From NCBI RefSeq assembly GCF_039654945.1, contig NW_027361768.1:5704001-5768000 (forward strand): a stretch of 64,000 nt of DNA, given 5' to 3'. Source of the DNA: Dendrobates tinctorius. Lineage: Eukaryota. The notes under the pieces are model-generated. The model was not told where the DNA came from and did not search any database. It saw only the letters and a list, made by a program, of their open reading frames with translations. A program made the position numbers and the translations under genes. This document shows, in pieces, positions 61,043 through 64,000 of this stretch (its first letter is position 1; every line of letters begins with the position of its first letter).

Positions 61043-64000
61043 GACTCAAAAATGCAATTGACTGCAGGTTCTTCAGCTTCAATATTGCAATTCTCCACTG
61101 CAGAGTCTTTAACCTCAAAACAACGATTGACTGCATGTTCTTCAGCTTCAATATTGTAATTCTCCACTGCCGAGTTTTCAGCCTCAACACTGCGATTGAC
61201 TGCATGTTCTTCAGCTTCAATATTGTAATTGTCCTCTGCCATGCCTTCAGCCTCAACACGGCAATTGACTGCAGGTTCTTTAGCTTCAATATTGCAATTC
61301 TCTACTACCAAAACTTCAGCCTTAACACTGCAATTGAATGCAGGTTTTTTAGCTTCAATATTGCAATACTCCCCTGCCGGGTCTTCAGCCTCAACAATGC
61401 AATTGACTGCAAATTCTTCAGCTTCATTATTGCAATTCTCCACTGCTGGGGCTTCAGCCTCAACACTACAATTGACAGCAGGTTCTTCAGCTTCAATATT
61501 GCAATTCTTCACTGCCGGGTCTACATCCTCAACACTTCAATTGGCTGCAAGTTCTTCAGCTTCAAAATTGCAATTCTCCACTGCCGAGTCTTCAGCCTCA
61601 ACACTGCAATTGACTGCAGGTTCTTCAGCTTCAATTGTGCAACTCTTCACTGCTGGGTCTTTAACCTCAACAATGCAATTGACTGCAGGTTCTTCAGCTT
61701 CAATTGTGCAATTCTTCACTGCCGGGTCTTTAACCTCAACACTGCAATTGACTGCAGATTCTTCAGCTTCAATATTGCAATTCTCCACTGCCGAGTCTTC
61801 AATCTCAACACTGCGATTGACTGCATGTTCTTCAGCTTCAATATTGTAATTCTCCACTGCCGAGTCTTCAGCAATTCTCCACTGCCATGTCTTCAGCCTC
61901 AATATTGCAATTAGCTGCAAGTTTTTCAGCTTCAATATTGCAATTCTCCATGGTCTGGTCTTCAGCCTCAAGACTGCAATTGACTACAGGTTCTTTAGCT
62001 TCAATATTGCAATTCTCCACTGCCGGATCTTCAGCCTCAACATTTCAATTGACAGCAGGTTCTTCAGCTTCAATATTGCAATTCTCCACTGCCAGGTCTT
62101 CAGCCTCAACAATGCAATTGACTGCAGGTTATTCAGCTTCAAAATTGCAATTCTCCACTGCCGGGTCCTCAGCCTCAACACTGCTATTGAATGCAGGTTC
62201 TTTAGCTTCAATATTGCAATTCTCCACTTCTGGGACTTCAGTCTCAATATGACAATTGACTGCAGGTTCCTTAGCTTCAATATTGCAATTCTCCATTGCT
62301 GGTTCTTCAGCCTCAACACTGCAATTGACTGTAGGTTCTTCAGCTTCAATATTGCAATTCTCTACTGCTGGGATTTCAGCCTCAACACTGCAATTGGCTG
62401 CAGGTTTTTCAGCTTTAATATTGCTATTCTGCACTGCTGGGTCTTCAGCCTCAACACTGCAATTGACTGCAGGTTCTTCAGCTTCAAAATTGCAATTCTC
62501 CACTGCCTTGTCTTCAGCCTCAACACTGCAATTGGCTGCAGGTTCTTCAGCTTTAATGTTGTAATTCACTACTGCCTGTACTTCAGCTTCAACACTGCAA
62601 TTGACTGCAAGTTCTTCAGCTTCAATAGTGCAATTCTTCACTGCCGGGTCTTCAGCCTCAACACTGCAATTGACTGCAGGTTCTTCAGCTTCAATATTGC
62701 AATTCTCCACTGCCGAGTCATCAACCTCAACACTGCGATTGACTGCATGTTCTTCAGCTCCAATATTGTAATTCTCCACTGCCATGCCTTCAGCCTCAAC
62801 ACTGCAATTAGCTGCAAGTTTTTCAGCTTCAAAAATGAAATTCTCCCCTGCCGGGTCTTCAGCCTCAACACTGCAATTGACTGTACTTTCTTCAGCTTCA
62901 ATATTGCAATTCTCCACTGTCGGATCTTCAGCCTCAACACTGCAATTGACTGCAGGTTCTTCAGCCTCAATATTGTAAATCTCCACTGCCGGGTCTTCAG
63001 CCTCCACACTGCAATTGACTGCAGGTTCTTCAGCTTCAATATTGCAATTCTCCAAAGCCAGATCTTCAGCCTCAACACTGCAATTGACTGCAGGTTCTTC
63101 AGCATCAATATTGCAATTCTCCACTGCCGGTTCTTCAACCTCAACACTGCAATTGACTGTAGGTTCTTATCTTCAATATTGCAATTCTCCACTGCTGGGT
63201 CTTCAGCCTCCACACTGTGACTGACTGCAGTTTCTTCAGCTTCAAAATTGCAATTTTTCACTGCTGGCTCTTCAGCCTCAACACTGCGATTGACTGCAGG
63301 TTCTTCAGCTTCATTATTGCAATTCTGCACAGCTGGTTCTTCAGCCTCAACACTGCAATTGACTGCAGGTTCTTCAGCTTCAATATTGCAATTTTGCACT
63401 GCCGAGTCTTCAACCTCAACACTGCAATTGACTGCAGGTTCTTCAGCTTTAGTATTGCAATTCTCCACAGTAGGGTCATCAGCCTCAACACTGCAATTGA
63501 CTGCAGGCTCTTGAACTTCAGTTTTGCATTTCTTCTCTGCCGGTGCTTCACCCTCAATACTGGAGTTGACTGCAGGCTCTTCAGCTTCAATATTGCAATT
63601 TTGTACTGCCGGGATTTTTGCCTCAACACTGCAATTGACTGCAGGTTCTTTAGCTTCAAAATTACAATTCTCCACTGCCGGGTCTTCAGCCTCAACACTC
63701 CAATTGACTGCAGGTTCTTCAGCTTCAATATTGCAATTCTCCACTGCCGAGTCTTCAGCCTCAGCACTCCAATTGACAGCAGGTTCTTCAGCTTTAGTAT
63801 TGCAATTCTTCACTGCTGTGTCTTCAGCCTCAACACTGCAATTGACTGCAGGTTCTTCAGCTTCAATATTGCTATTCTCCACTGCCGGGTCTTCAGCCTC
63901 CACACTGCAATTGATTGCAGGATCTTCAGATTCAATATTGCAATTCTCCACTGTCAGGTCCTTAGCCTCAACACTGCTATTGACTGCAGGTTCTTTAACT
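61043..64000. repeat. 69-bp tandem array (~43 units, 33+36-bp subunits), runs off the window
   Basis: Unit cagcctcaacactgcaattgactgcaggttcttcagcttcaatattgcaattctccactgccgggtctt; minus frame reads EAEEPAVNCSV-EAEDPAVENCNI. Confidence 0.95.

Noticed and set aside
61229-63514. Ice-nucleation-protein-like TAGSSAST repeats on the + strand
   Set aside because: Superficial resemblance only; lacks the AGYGSTxT motif and this frame is broken more often than the minus frame.

Overview
Eukaryotic, intergenic, almost entirely transposon-derived 64 kb window. The repeat families point to a frog genome (inference). No host protein-coding gene is supported. Target-site duplications (TSDs) read by eye let the window be unpacked as a set of nested insertions. 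(1) A 680-bp solo LTR holds a complete 5.4-kb non-autonomous LTR element (3023-8434, TSD CATG). It has no recognisable gag/pol but carries a decayed ORF with a cold-shock domain, the most novel-looking item here. (2) A full-length degenerate DIRS1 element. (3) An ~88-bp tandem array split by a 25-kb hAT element. The hAT contains a V-SINE, a hammerhead-ribozyme retrozyme and a BEL-like solo LTR. That LTR holds Gypsy A, which in turn holds Gypsy C and a fold-back Gypsy B integrated with two U3 ends. (4) A CR1 LINE split by a Penelope element that itself contains a second Penelope (both 14-bp TSDs, both with hammerhead-like motifs). (5) A Gypsy remnant carrying an intact Tc1 DD34E transposon, a solo LTR related to the cold-shock element, and a >2.9-kb 69-bp tandem array that is open in several frames. 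All alignments and coordinates were read manually; no database searches were run.
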